This document shows positions 1 through 11,569 of a stretch of DNA of 64,000 bases, in pieces. The DNA lies in contig JAHBVE010000002.1 in assembly GCA_019637675.1 (NCBI GenBank), forward strand, positions 207,797 through 271,796, read 5' to 3'. Position 1 is the first letter of the stretch. The number at the start of each line of letters is the position of its first letter. Made by a program: the position numbers and the translations under genes. The notes beneath the pieces are model-generated. The model did no database searches and was not told where the DNA came from. It saw only the letters and a list, made by a program, of their open reading frames with translations. The stretch comes from Anaerolineales bacterium (GTDB taxonomy: Bacteria; Chloroflexota; Anaerolineae; Anaerolineales; UBA11579).

Positions 1-337
1 GATGGATTGCCCAAAGCACAGGAGCTTTGCGCCAAATGCACAGCGCCGCCAGCATATTGGCATGATACATCCAAGTATGCACAACATCAGGTTCAAAGCG
101 AACAACCCGACTGTTGATCAAGAAGAGGCGCAAAAGTGAAATTGGATTCCGCGGATGGACATTCAAATACTCCACCTGAACACCTGCTTCAGAGAGAGTA
201 GTTCCAAGTGTGGTTGGCGATCCAAGGCACAAAACCCGATGCTCGTGTTGGCGAGAGTCCGGATGCGTCACCAGGCGTTGCAGCACCGTCTCGGCACCTC
301 CAACCATAAGCGTTGGAACTAAATGCAGTATCTTCAC
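1..337 (-). CDS. Glycosyltransferase, GT4-like (GT-B fold). Only the N-terminal 112 codons are present; the rest lies left of the window.
   Basis: Hand translation of the minus strand from GTG 337-335 gives VKILHLVPTLMVGGAETVLQRLV...HTWMYHANMLAAL, a typical GT4 N-terminus. The frame is open to position 1 and opens right after the in-frame TAG of the sulfotransferase (347-349). Confidence 0.65.
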   Translation of the reverse strand, partial: MKILHLVPTLMVGGAETVLQRLVTHPDSRQHEHRVLCLGSPTTLGTTLSEAGVQVEYLNVHPRNPISLLRLFLINSRVVRFEPDVVHTWMYHANMLAALCIWRKAPVLWAIH

Positions 338-346
338 GCCAAGGAC

Positions 347-1249
347 CTAGCTGGGCAACCAGGCAGACAGGTCACGCTGGATAATCAACTCCAAATCACG
401 CACTCCTTCTGCAAACCTATGGCGCAAGTGATTCTCCAGGTTGGGGTCCATTGGCGGATAAGCAAACGGCTTCGTATTGCTTCGCATCAGGAAAGTCTTG
501 AGTCTGTAGCGCATCTCCAAGGGTAGGAGACGCTTCACCACATCCTTGGCTCGTGAACGACCGCGGAGCAGAGTTTGCACGGTTCGAGATAGTGGTTGCC
601 CGGCCTTGTTGCTTTGAATCTTTTTAAACTGCGCTGGCTCTATATTTAAAAACCCATAGAGACCTTGGAGATAATCATTGGTAGGGTCTAGCAAATCCTC
701 TTGAAGCAAGAAATAAAACGAATCCTTGGAGAAGAATTCAAGAAACTTCCGAATTTGCCTTGCATACATACTGCCGCGCACATAACCGTACTGCATGGAG
801 CCTTGGGTGGTCAATTCATGAGCGAACTCTACCAGACGGGCATCTTCTTTTTGAAGAGCTTCAGCAAACGGCAACGTTTCGGTGCCCTCTTTGATCATAT
901 TCCAGTACCAAGAATAGGAGCGCTTAACCGGATCCCGCAGAATGACGATCAGCTTAGGTTTCTCGGCCTCTGCTTGATACTGCTCGGCCATTCTAGGCGC
1001 CACTTTGTCTGCCCAATAAAGGTAGTGAGGAGTGGCTTCGCCGCGCAGAGCATAATCCTCACTATCTTGAAAAAAACTTTGCTTGTACCACTTGGGGCCC
1101 TGAAGGTAGTATTCGTCCTTCGAAAAAAACATAGGCTCCTTTGCATAGGAAAGGTAGACATCAGGATGCCCCTTAATCATTTCGTAGAGCGAGGTGGTGC
1201 CGGCTTTGGCCGCTCCTATAATGTAGAAGTTTGGCATCCCTTTAATCAT
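347..1249 (-). CDS. PAPS-dependent sulfotransferase
   Basis: ORF 347..1303. The 5'-PSB loop (IIGAAKAGTTSL) and 3'-PB motif (RDPVKRSYSWY) are present. Start set to ATG 1249 (MIKGMPNFYIIG), which overlaps the upstream stop as ATGATTAA; ATG 1237 is also possible. Confidence 0.8.
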   Translation of the reverse strand: MIKGMPNFYIIGAAKAGTTSLYEMIKGHPDVYLSYAKEPMFFSKDEYYLQGPKWYKQSFFQDSEDYALRGEATPHYLYWADKVAPRMAEQYQAEAEKPKLIVILRDPVKRSYSWYWNMIKEGTETLPFAEALQKEDARLVEFAHELTTQGSMQYGYVRGSMYARQIRKFLEFFSKDSFYFLLQEDLLDPTNDYLQGLYGFLNIEPAQFKKIQSNKAGQPLSRTVQTLLRGRSRAKDVVKRLLPLEMRYRLKTFLMRSNTKPFAYPPMDPNLENHLRHRFAEGVRDLELIIQRDLSAWLPS

Positions 1250-2375
1250 TGACCCCTTCACTTTCAAATAACTGGATATAGCTTTCTGCGGCATAGGGAG
1301 CAATGTACTGTTTAGCTCTTTCTTTCAGTTGCCGCGCATCTTGGGGATCCGCGAGCACCTCAAGAATAGCTTGCGCCATCTCGGTTGCATCTCCAACTGG
1401 CACCAATTTTCCGTAGAAGCCATTATGGAGGATTTCGCGCGGGCCGGCTGGGCAATTGGTGGAAACCACGGATGTGCCGCACGCCATTGCCTCAATCAGA
1501 ACGCTAGGCAGACCTTCCCAGAGAGAGGAGAGCACGAAAAGGTTTGCTCGGGCGACATACCGCAATGGGTTGTCCACATATCCGGGTAAGGATACGATCT
1601 CTTGTAGAGCTAATTGCTCTACTAGAGCCTCTAGATTCGCCCTTTCACCCCCCTCCCCCAGGATCAGGAGCTGCACCGGCCGCGACTGATTGACTTTGTC
1701 CATAGCTCGAATCAAGGTATCAAAAGCCTTTTGGGGAGCCAACCGGCCTACGGCAATCACGAAAGGCTCTTGGATTTCCTTGAACCATGGATCTTCAGCA
1801 GGCAATTCAGCTTGACTGGAGAAATCGCCAGGCAAAATGGAATTATATACAACGAAAATCTCTTCATTTTGAAAGCCAGCCAGAGCGGCCAAGTCATCTG
1901 CTGCATCTTGCGATACAGCTAAAACTTTGTGTGCATAGGGATAAAACAATCGTGCAAGCAAAGGCCGTAAACGATCAGCAAGCTTCTTGCTATTGCGGAC
2001 TACTGAAGTCATATGGTTATGTTCAACCACATACAATAGAGCGCGGCTTTTAGCCCGCCAGCTTGCAAAAATGCTCAGGATATTTAAATGTGTCTGATTC
2101 GAAATGAATATATCAGGTTGATGCTGCTTGAAGTAATTCGCCAAGGCACGGACGCCATACAAACTGCGGGAGGAGCGCAGATCAAACACAGTAACTGTTT
2201 GACCAACTCCTGAGCGTAAGGCGCCTCCTGCGGCAGAAAGCACGACAAGGTCAACCTGATAACCTCGTCGAGCTAGTTCATTGGCCAAGTTGATAGTCAC
2301 ACGTTCAACACCTCCGGCACGAAAGGAGGCTACAAGTAGAGCAACTCTGGAAATTCTTTTTGGTGTCAGTTCCAT
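1242..2375 (-). CDS. Glycosyltransferase family 4 (Glycos_transf_1-like)
   Basis: 377 aa. N-terminal VALLVASFRAGGVERV and C-terminal EGLPSVLIEAMACGTSVVSTNCPAGPREIL are typical of GT4. GAGGAG SD lies upstream of ATG 2375. Confidence 0.85.
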   Translation of the reverse strand: MELTPKRISRVALLVASFRAGGVERVTINLANELARRGYQVDLVVLSAAGGALRSGVGQTVTVFDLRSSRSLYGVRALANYFKQHQPDIFISNQTHLNILSIFASWRAKSRALLYVVEHNHMTSVVRNSKKLADRLRPLLARLFYPYAHKVLAVSQDAADDLAALAGFQNEEIFVVYNSILPGDFSSQAELPAEDPWFKEIQEPFVIAVGRLAPQKAFDTLIRAMDKVNQSRPVQLLILGEGGERANLEALVEQLALQEIVSLPGYVDNPLRYVARANLFVLSSLWEGLPSVLIEAMACGTSVVSTNCPAGPREILHNGFYGKLVPVGDATEMAQAILEVLADPQDARQLKERAKQYIAPYAAESYIQLFESEGVND

Positions 2376-2421
2376 GGGCTCCTCTTGGGCAGTATACTCG
2401 GCTCAACGATAGCTGGGACGT

Positions 2422-2460
2422 ATTCAAACTAGATTCAAACCAATGGCCGTGTAGTATAAT
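2422..2460 (+). promoter_or_regulatory. Candidate sat/cysC promoter: TATAAT plus two phased direct repeats
   Basis: TATAAT at 2455-2460. ATTCAAAC occurs at 2422-2429 and 2433-2440 (11-bp register), and the second copy covers the -35 position. No good -35 hexamer. Confidence 0.3.
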
Positions 2461-2487
2461 TTTTCAAAATTAGAAACGTAGCTGTAA

Positions 2488-4275
<1,788 letters not shown>

Positions 4276-4292
4276 ACCACGTTTGTTCTAGT

Positions 4293-4325
4293 AAAAAAGC
4301 GCCAGGCAATGCCTGGCGCTTTTTT
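4293..4325 (+). terminator. Rho-independent terminator after sat/cysC
   Basis: AAAAAAGCGCCAGGC-AAT-GCCTGGCGCTTTTTT: a 10-bp GC stem flanked by an A-run and a T-run. Confidence 0.8.
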
Positions 4326-4373
4326 ACTATTCGTCATCTGAGCGCTAGTTGCCCCAACGCTAGAGCAGCGCAA

Positions 4374-4401
4374 TTGACAAAGGCTTTGCGCTCAATACGC
4401 T
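4374..4401 (+). promoter_or_regulatory. Candidate sigma-70-type promoter for the GT-C gene trio
   Basis: TTGACA (4374-4379), a 16-nt spacer, then TACGCT (4396-4401). It lies about 30 nt upstream of the start at 4433. Confidence 0.4.
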
Positions 4402-4432
4402 TAGTAGGTTAAACTTAGAAGGGGTGCATACA

Positions 4433-5803
4433 ATGCTCTTAAGAATAAACCGAATAACAGAGTTTCAAATTTGGTTAGTCTATTTCTTGTACACACTACT
4501 TGCAGGGTTTTTAGTTCAGTTCCTTCTCCTTCCGTATGTCTTTCCGCAATGGCACGCAGGTGACGGGTTGCTTATAGGCATTGATGCAACGCAATTCCAC
4601 AGCATTGCCATGGAAACGTATAAAACCCTCATCTCGGCCGGTTGGCAGGATTTTATTCTCTATCCCAGCGGGCAAGTCATTGCTGGGATAGCTGGAATTT
4701 TCTATTTCATCTTCGGCCCCACACCAGCAAGCATGTTGCCTTTCAATGCAGGGATGCATGCAGTTAGTGGTCTGTTACTTTACAAAATCCTGAGAAGTTT
4801 TTCTGAACAGAAGAGCTCGGCATTCCTGGCCGCAGGTTTCTGCATTGCTTTGCCCTCAACCTTTCTATGGACAACCCAAATGCACAACGAGACGCTTTCA
4901 GTGCTGGGGGCGACATGCTTTCTGTTCGCGTGGGTTCAGTTTCAGCAAGCGTTTCACAAAAAGGAACTGAAAAAGTGGTTCACAGCTTTGGTCTTTCTCT
5001 TTACGGGCTTGTTTCTTATCGGGCTAGTACGGGATTATCTATTAGTAGTTTACCGCGCGGCATCTTTGTTTCTGGGCACCTATCTGATTCTTCGCGGATT
5101 GGCAAAAAGAGAGCACAAATACTTGATCTCAGTTGCGGTCACGCTGCTCTGCTTAGTTTTTATCCAGGGGATATTCAATACTTTTATCCAAGGAAGCGTA
5201 CGCACTCTCAAACGAGTTCCTACGATCACATACTTAACAAATGGGATTACGCCAGGCACACCTGCGATCACAAATCGTTCGCCATCTACCCCGGCAAGCT
5301 GGTGGCAGAAGTCGCATTACATCCCTCAATCAATAGACAATCAGGTTTACTCACTAATCCTGAGGCGAGAAGGCGCCATTCGAAGTTGGAGCGAGGGAAG
5401 TACTGGGATAGATACTGATGTGCGAATTACAAGCTCACGAGAAGCTATTCTTTACACTCCACGAGCTTTACAAATAGCCCTTTTGTCTCCTTTTCCCTCC
5501 CAATGGTTCGAGGATGGGGCGAAAGTGGCGAGCAATTTTATGAAGTTGATTGGTTCAATTGAAATCTCTGCGTTCTATATCATCTATGTATTTTTTGCAC
5601 TGGGAGCTTACAATTGGCGAGGGCGGCCAGCGCTGCATTTAATTATCCTACACTCGATCTTCTTTCTTACGGTTTTTGCAATTGCCACGCCAAACGCTGG
5701 TAATCTGTATCGCTTTAGATACCCCTATCTTATTCCTATCGTTGGATTGGGCTTGACATACTTTTTAGACAACTACTTGCACAAGTTCCGTACCTCTTTA
5801 TAA
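4433..5803 (+). CDS. Polytopic membrane protein, GT-C-fold glycosyltransferase-like or glycan polymerase-like
   Basis: ORF 4424..5803. ATG 4433 is preferred (GAAGGGG about 8 nt upstream). Many hydrophobic helices, with an extracytoplasmic loop of about 100 aa (TITYLTNGITPGTPAITNRSPSTPASWWQ...). AT-rich codon usage. Function is only inferred. Confidence 0.55.
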   Translation: MLLRINRITEFQIWLVYFLYTLLAGFLVQFLLLPYVFPQWHAGDGLLIGIDATQFHSIAMETYKTLISAGWQDFILYPSGQVIAGIAGIFYFIFGPTPASMLPFNAGMHAVSGLLLYKILRSFSEQKSSAFLAAGFCIALPSTFLWTTQMHNETLSVLGATCFLFAWVQFQQAFHKKELKKWFTALVFLFTGLFLIGLVRDYLLVVYRAASLFLGTYLILRGLAKREHKYLISVAVTLLCLVFIQGIFNTFIQGSVRTLKRVPTITYLTNGITPGTPAITNRSPSTPASWWQKSHYIPQSIDNQVYSLILRREGAIRSWSEGSTGIDTDVRITSSREAILYTPRALQIALLSPFPSQWFEDGAKVASNFMKLIGSIEISAFYIIYVFFALGAYNWRGRPALHLIILHSIFFLTVFAIATPNAGNLYRFRYPYLIPIVGLGLTYFLDNYLHKFRTSL

Positions 5804-5811
5804 TCTATGGA

Positions 5812-8205
5812 ATGCTGCTGATTTTCAAATCTTTTTGGCGCGCAATAAAGCCAGAAATTCCGTTGTTAATAATTCTTTGTTTTGCTCTTTCCATTCGCTT
5901 GTTTAACTACTTAGGAGTAGTTCGTGGTGATGATTTTGACTACTCCTTATATGCATACCAGGTTTCGCAAGGGCTGCTTGATTCATCCTCAGGGGGATCT
6001 TCAGGTTCTAATCGCCCGGGCGTTTACTTACCAGTAGCAATGATTTATAAGATTTTTGGTGTCAGTGAATTTTCAGCTACACTTTTTCCTTTGCTTGCCT
6101 CACTGATTACCATAATCTTTATATATCTAACGCTTAGACAGATAGCTGACAAACCTACAGCTCTTGTGGGCGCGTTTCTGTGGTCCATCTTTCCATTGGA
6201 CGTCTTCTTGGCTACAAATCTAGATCCAGAAGGACCTTTGGCGATGGCGACGGCTGGAGCTGTCTATTTCTTTTTGCAAGCCACTCACAGGGCAAACAAT
6301 CGCAAACTGATAAATAGCGCGGTTAGCATAATCTTTGTCTACTGGGCGCTGCAAATCAAGTTATCTGCCACTCCGCTACTGATCGCGCTAGCTGTCCTAG
6401 TTTTATTTAGGTCTCGAGAAAAAATCCGGAGCATTCTCAAATCAATTCCCAGGCGTTTCGTTCTAGCCGGCATCCTGATTGCCTTGTCTGGGTTTGCTTT
6501 ACTAGCAGTTCCAATCAACATGGCTGCTCGCCCCCTACCCATTCTAATAAACAACATTGAACTCACAGCCTATGACGTTTTGCCAGCCTGGCTGACGGGT
6601 AGATCGAATACGGTATACCGTGACATCGTCGGCAAGGGGAATTGGGCAAGCAACAGACGCGAGGCAATAGTATCTATTCCTGTTTCTGGCAAAATTCTTT
6701 CGGAAACGTCGCAGCGCTTTGTCTCTTTCGACCCGTTCATTCTGCTCGCGCTCGTTGGAGCAGCACATGCAATTGTGAACAAAGATAAGCGAGCGTATGT
6801 TCCCTTAATATGGCTGGGCACCTTGCTCTTCTATCTTGAGTGGGGTTCATTCCCAACACGATTTGCATTTCCTCAGTTACTTATTTACTCCCCTCTACTA
6901 TATTGGGTTGCAGAGGACAACTTTCTTTATCTTGCGGTACCCCTAGTGCTTGTTGTTTCACTTTATCTTACAAAGGTTCTCCGTGGAAATTCTCTGCGCT
7001 CAATCTATATCGGAATTGTCTGTGCTCTGGGTACAGTTTTATTGCTAGCCAATTGGCCAACCAGTTTGCCGATTGGCAATCTTCCGGCAGCAGGCCTGCT
7101 GCTCACAGTGATATATGCTGCAGTCAGCGCGCGCCTTGTACGGGTTCGAAGGGACCATGCGATGTTGGCGATGATCTTGCCTGTCATGGCAATTGCGACG
7201 CTAATGCCTTCGGCACATTACAGCTCTGTCAGCTTCTACAAAGAGAAAGCTCTGAGAGAAAATCTTCGACTAGCAATTGGCTACATGGAAGACGATCCGG
7301 AGGAACTGATTTACGCCCCAAGCGTACAGCCCCGTCTAGATTTTTATTCAGGCTATAAGTATTCGACGGGAACTGAGGGCGGCGAAACTCTTTTTACAAC
7401 AGAGCGGGAGTTAGTAGAGCAAAATGGCGGTTATGAAATAATGCGAGGAAGATGTGATCAGCCGGCAGGAAATTTCAATGAATGGCCGACGGTCACTTTT
7501 GGTGAGCCTAGCTCAGATGAGTGTATAAGCGTAACACATCACCTCTCTGCCCGACAAGCCAGCGAGCAACTTGAAAGGATACGCTCAGAATTTAAACCCA
7601 ACAATGAGTACCAACTCGTTGAATTTTTGCAAGCCTCAGCACAGGCAGAAGATACTGAAGCATTTTTTGCAACCCTTTCCCTTTACGTAGATCTCTTTCC
7701 AGATACTGCACCGATCCAAAAAGCATCACTTCTGGCTACAGAAGCGGTCAAGTCTGCACCAAGCGAAATGACGGAGACCATAGACTTGCTCAAATTAGAG
7801 GCTAGCGACTGGCTGATCTCACCATTGCTTGGGCTGTCTTTCAGCAATACAGAAAACGGAAATGACAGGACTATGGTGATTGCGCTTCAAGAAGTGAGCC
7901 CAGAAGCTCAAACTGCCAGCATCCAAATCAATCTAGAGCCTAAAAGCATTTATCTCCTTGAGCTCGAGGCTCAGGGTTCGTTGCCGATCGATTTGGTCCG
8001 GTTCCCCGATCTAAGAATCCCCGATTCATACGGAGACCATTGGGAACATAATTTCGGCTTGACAAGCTATTCAATTATCTTTGTTACTCCACCCAGCCTA
8101 GATAGCTCGGAACTAACCACGCTCGAGCTCTTCCGGGTCTATGACCACGGATCAATTGAATTCCGGTCAATTAATCTCACCAGAGTTCCCGCAGGTGGGT
8201 GGTGA
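5812..8205 (+). CDS. GT-C-fold glycosyltransferase-like membrane protein (ArnT/PMT_2-like N-terminal ~470 aa) with a ~300-aa soluble C-terminal domain of unknown function
   Basis: 797 aa. The first loop carries RGDDFDYSLYAYQV, then NRPGVYLPVAMIYKIFG...LFPLLASLITIIFIYL..., the pattern of ArnT/PMT-type GT-C enzymes. There are no TM segments after about aa 480. Confidence 0.6.
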   Translation: MLLIFKSFWRAIKPEIPLLIILCFALSIRLFNYLGVVRGDDFDYSLYAYQVSQGLLDSSSGGSSGSNRPGVYLPVAMIYKIFGVSEFSATLFPLLASLITIIFIYLTLRQIADKPTALVGAFLWSIFPLDVFLATNLDPEGPLAMATAGAVYFFLQATHRANNRKLINSAVSIIFVYWALQIKLSATPLLIALAVLVLFRSREKIRSILKSIPRRFVLAGILIALSGFALLAVPINMAARPLPILINNIELTAYDVLPAWLTGRSNTVYRDIVGKGNWASNRREAIVSIPVSGKILSETSQRFVSFDPFILLALVGAAHAIVNKDKRAYVPLIWLGTLLFYLEWGSFPTRFAFPQLLIYSPLLYWVAEDNFLYLAVPLVLVVSLYLTKVLRGNSLRSIYIGIVCALGTVLLLANWPTSLPIGNLPAAGLLLTVIYAAVSARLVRVRRDHAMLAMILPVMAIATLMPSAHYSSVSFYKEKALRENLRLAIGYMEDDPEELIYAPSVQPRLDFYSGYKYSTGTEGGETLFTTERELVEQNGGYEIMRGRCDQPAGNFNEWPTVTFGEPSSDECISVTHHLSARQASEQLERIRSEFKPNNEYQLVEFLQASAQAEDTEAFFATLSLYVDLFPDTAPIQKASLLATEAVKSAPSEMTETIDLLKLEASDWLISPLLGLSFSNTENGNDRTMVIALQEVSPEAQTASIQINLEPKSIYLLELEAQGSLPIDLVRFPDLRIPDSYGDHWEHNFGLTSYSIIFVTPPSLDSSELTTLELFRVYDHGSIEFRSINLTRVPAGGW

Positions 8206-9734
8206 AAGTAGTGCCCAAGCTAACGCGCTTGCCATCAGTGTTTTGGCTAGCCGGGATCATTCTCCTGGGTCTGCTGGCAAGAGCTATTCTCTTTGACGGC
8301 GTAGTCTTTCTCGAAAGCACTAGCACTAGCTTCAAGGCCTGGGAACTCGCCAGAGTATTTGAAACCAATGGATTTGGAGGACTCAAAGAAGCTCTAAAAT
8401 ACATACTGGAACTGGACAATGAACTCAGGGCGCTGGTTGTTATGCAAGGGCTTGTTTATGGCTTGTTTGGGGCAACCGAACTCACGAGTATTCTTCCGAT
8501 GTTCGTTTTGTATGCTTTATCGACAATCGGGATTTATTTAGTTGGCAAACAATGGCTAAATGAAGCAAGCGGACTGGCAGCTGCACTTCTGTGGACAATT
8601 CTTCCACTTTCCATTTTCTTTTCAATTATCTTTGCCCCCACCGCCCTCTTGCTCACGCTTGACGTCGCAGTCATTTGGGTATATTGGTTAGCTAGGGACA
8701 AGCAGTCGTCCTTTCTCTACATTCTGGCAGTTTTACTGCTGGTTATGGGCATTTCTTCTTCATGGGTAATCTTTATCCCGACATTGGCTTTACTCGTTTT
8801 GTGGCACAGACCGGTACTCCTCAAAAGAATACCCTTTGAACCCATTCTAATAGCAGGTCTTCTATTGCTTCTCTTCTTTGGAGAAGAAATTTTGCAAGCG
8901 TACTATCAGCTACTTCTTCCACTTGACAATCTCTGGATCCTGCCCCTTTTGGCGCTAGCCTTGGTTCTCTCTCAAGCTTCAAGCGGACCATCATCACGAT
9001 TGCTTCAGTGGCTAAGCGTTAAATCCTTATGGCTGTTTGCAATCACGCCCTTCATTAGTCAAAGCGGCGGATTGATACCCCAAGGAATGTCAAGTTACTG
9101 GGCGATGATCATTCTGCCTGTACTCCTCATCCTGGGATGGGAATTGCTTGGTCGGGATAGAGACAGAAATGTCTTCTTTCCCTTTGTGTTAATCCTTCTC
9201 GGCTCATGGTTTATTGTCATGCTGCTGACTGAAGATTCACAAGCGGTCCACATGCTTTCAGGTATTTTTATTGGCCTATCCTCCCTAATGGCATTCTCGC
9301 TCTTTCTGCTGACATCTGTTTCAAGGAAAACAAGGGTGGCTTTGCTAGTCGTGGCATTTGTCACATTTGGCATTTCATCGAGTGCAATAGTCCGCACATA
9401 TATCGCTAGTTATGGGAAGCCTGCCTTACAGCTAAATCAAGCTTGGGACTTTTTGTCCGATAAAAGAGAAGAGCAACGCGTAGTTGTATTTGCCGAGGAA
9501 TCTCTCTATACAGGACTGATGTTTAAAAATCAGTTTGGAACCTTGCGTCAGGAAAACAAGAGGCCTATAGAAATCCTGCTCTTAGAACATGTCTCCGCCC
9601 CAAAGGAAGGACAGTTTGTACTACTGACCCAGGAACGACTTTCCTCGCTTGGGGCTATTCCTGCTACCTGGGAGCTCCTAAATGAGTTCGCAATCCCTGG
9701 CGCCACTCCCATGCTAATCTACAGTGCGCCATAA
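8199..9734 (+). CDS. GT-C-fold glycosyltransferase-like membrane protein
   Basis: 511 aa. GTG start overlaps the upstream stop (GTGGTGA). About 12 predicted helices and a ~110-aa C-terminal soluble tail. The LVYGLFG...ILPMFVLYALSTIGIYLVGK...AAALLWTILPLSIFF pattern resembles PMT_2. Confidence 0.55.
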   Translation: MVKVVPKLTRLPSVFWLAGIILLGLLARAILFDGVVFLESTSTSFKAWELARVFETNGFGGLKEALKYILELDNELRALVVMQGLVYGLFGATELTSILPMFVLYALSTIGIYLVGKQWLNEASGLAAALLWTILPLSIFFSIIFAPTALLLTLDVAVIWVYWLARDKQSSFLYILAVLLLVMGISSSWVIFIPTLALLVLWHRPVLLKRIPFEPILIAGLLLLLFFGEEILQAYYQLLLPLDNLWILPLLALALVLSQASSGPSSRLLQWLSVKSLWLFAITPFISQSGGLIPQGMSSYWAMIILPVLLILGWELLGRDRDRNVFFPFVLILLGSWFIVMLLTEDSQAVHMLSGIFIGLSSLMAFSLFLLTSVSRKTRVALLVVAFVTFGISSSAIVRTYIASYGKPALQLNQAWDFLSDKREEQRVVVFAEESLYTGLMFKNQFGTLRQENKRPIEILLLEHVSAPKEGQFVLLTQERLSSLGAIPATWELLNEFAIPGATPMLIYSAP

Positions 9735-9922
9735 ATCGAACAGCTACGATACCAATTTTGACTGTGCGCAGTTCCAGCCTTAGTGACACGACCAAAGGCA
9801 AAAACACTGAGCAGCCCTCCCAGCAGACTAACACCAAAGGTGTCTTGTGCACTTCCTTAAGCTGACTGCCCTGGGTTCTAGCAGTTGGTCATTAAAGCAG
9901 CCGAGAACGAATCTATGACGTT

Positions 9923-9931
9923 TGATATAAT
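9923..9931 (+). promoter_or_regulatory. Extended -10 promoter (TGaTATAAT) for tRNA-Gly (and probably pyk)
   Basis: TGATATAAT ends 9 nt before the mature tRNA 5' end (9941). Confidence 0.5.
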
Positions 9932-9940
9932 GAGTTTTAC

Positions 9941-10012
9941 GCGGGTGTCGCCAAGTGGTAAGGCACTTGCTTCCCAAGCAAGCATTCGTGGGTTCGAATC
10001 CCATCACCCGCT
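9941..10012 (+). tRNA. tRNA-Gly (anticodon CCC)
   Basis: Cloverleaf folded by hand. Acceptor GCGGGTG/CACCCGC, anticodon stem CTTGC/GCAAG with loop TTCCCAA, T-arm GTGGG-TTCGAAT-CCCAT, discriminator T. No encoded CCA. Confidence 0.92.
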
Positions 10013-10063
10013 CTAGTCTGCAATTTTGTGCAACCAGTCCCGCGTTTGCGGGTTATAACCTCC

Positions 10064-11539
10064 ATGCTGAAAGAACGCCGAGCCAAGATCGTTGCTACGC
10101 TGGGGCCATCCAGCCAGGATAGTGCCACGCTGGAGCGCATGATCGCTGCCGGCATGAGCGTAGCGCGCCTCAATTTCTCACACGGAACCCATGCCGAATA
10201 CGCTCAGCTGATCCAGCGAGTACGCGAGGCGGCCGAGAAGCTGGATGCCCCAGTGGCTATTTTGCAAGATCTGCAAGGCCCAAAGATCCGCGTTGGAGAC
10301 CTGGCGAACGGCAGCGTCATCCTCACCCGGGGTGACTGGATCACGCTCAGCACGATTGACGATAGCAACGGGGCCATCCCTGTAGATTTTGCCGACCTAC
10401 CCCGCTTTATAAAAAAAGGTGGGCGCATTCTGCTTGACGATGGCAGGCTGGAGCTGCGCGCCGGCGATGTGACCGATACCACCATTCAAGCAGAAGTCAT
10501 CATCGGCGGCACGCTCAAGTCAAACAAGGGCATCAACTTGCCGGGCGCCTATATTGATGTGCCCGGCCTAACCGCGAAGGATGAACAAGACTTGGCCAAG
10601 GGGCTGGAGCTGGGCGTCGACATGGTGGCGATCTCATTCGTGCGCACAGCTGAAGATGTAAACCGTGTCCGCGCTTTCATCAACCAGCACGCGCCAGCTC
10701 CTGACCGGATGGATGTGCCCATCATCGCCAAACTCGAACGCAGCGAAGCCCTGGAGAACCTGACAGAGATCGTGGCCGCCGCCAATGGCGTGATGGTGGC
10801 ACGCGGCGACCTGGGCGTAGAATTGCCGCCTGAGTATGTGCCAATCGCACAGAAGCAGATCATTGACGCGGCTAACCAAGCTGGCAAGATCGTGATCACC
10901 GCTACTCAGATGCTGGAGTCGATGATCTTGAATCCGCGCCCTACCCGCGCGGAAGCATCAGACGTGGCCAATGCCATCTTTGACGGCACGGATGCGGTGA
11001 TGCTCTCCGGTGAGACCGCCATGGGCAGCTACCCAGTTGAGACGGTGCGCATGATGGAAGCCATCATCCACGAGTCTGAGCTGCACCAATACAAATGGGG
11101 CCACTGGAAGGGCAGCGAGCCATCCTTGGAGCGCGAAGATGCGATCTCGATCACACGCGCGGCGCGTGAACTGGCGCAAGACGTGAATGTGGCTGCGATC
11201 ACAGTCTTCACCGAGTCCGGCCGCACCGCCTTGCTAATGTCCAAGGCCTTCCCGCGCGTTCCCATTCTGGCTTTGACTCCGGAGCATAAGACCTATAATC
11301 GCATGGCAGTCTACGCGGGCGTGCTTCCGATCATGGTAGCCCTCTCTCACAGCATTGACGAAATGCTGGAGAGCATTGAGATCAACACGCTGGGGCTACA
11401 TGGCTTGAAGCCCGGCCAGAAGGTAGTGGTAATCTCCGGCTACCCGATTGGAGACATGCGCCCTCCCAACCTGGTGATGCTTCATACATTGGGGCAGGAC
11501 CGCAATAAGCTGTACAAGCGTGAACTGTCGACAAGATAA
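10064..11539 (+). CDS. pyk: Pyruvate kinase
   Basis: ORF 10028..11539. Start set to ATG 10064 (MLKERRAKIVATLGPSS). Motifs ARLNFSHG, MVARGDLGVE and TQMLESM are present. Confidence 0.9.
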   Translation: MLKERRAKIVATLGPSSQDSATLERMIAAGMSVARLNFSHGTHAEYAQLIQRVREAAEKLDAPVAILQDLQGPKIRVGDLANGSVILTRGDWITLSTIDDSNGAIPVDFADLPRFIKKGGRILLDDGRLELRAGDVTDTTIQAEVIIGGTLKSNKGINLPGAYIDVPGLTAKDEQDLAKGLELGVDMVAISFVRTAEDVNRVRAFINQHAPAPDRMDVPIIAKLERSEALENLTEIVAAANGVMVARGDLGVELPPEYVPIAQKQIIDAANQAGKIVITATQMLESMILNPRPTRAEASDVANAIFDGTDAVMLSGETAMGSYPVETVRMMEAIIHESELHQYKWGHWKGSEPSLEREDAISITRAARELAQDVNVAAITVFTESGRTALLMSKAFPRVPILALTPEHKTYNRMAVYAGVLPIMVALSHSIDEMLESIEINTLGLHGLKPGQKVVVISGYPIGDMRPPNLVMLHTLGQDRNKLYKRELSTR

Positions 11540-11540
11540 T

Positions 11541-11568
11541 AAAAAGCCCTGGTTGCCAGGGCTTTTTT
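11541..11568. terminator. Bidirectional rho-independent terminator between convergent pyk and the 11570..12712 gene
   Basis: AAAAAGCCCTGG-TTG-CCAGGGCTTTTTT. Confidence 0.8.
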
Positions 11569-11569
11569 C

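Noticed and set aside
10033-10055. Small hairpin CCCGC-GTTT-GCGGG after tRNA-Gly as a terminator
   Set aside because: The stem is only 5 bp with a weak T-tract. pyk starts 9 nt later with no promoter of its own, so co-transcription with the tRNA seems more likely.
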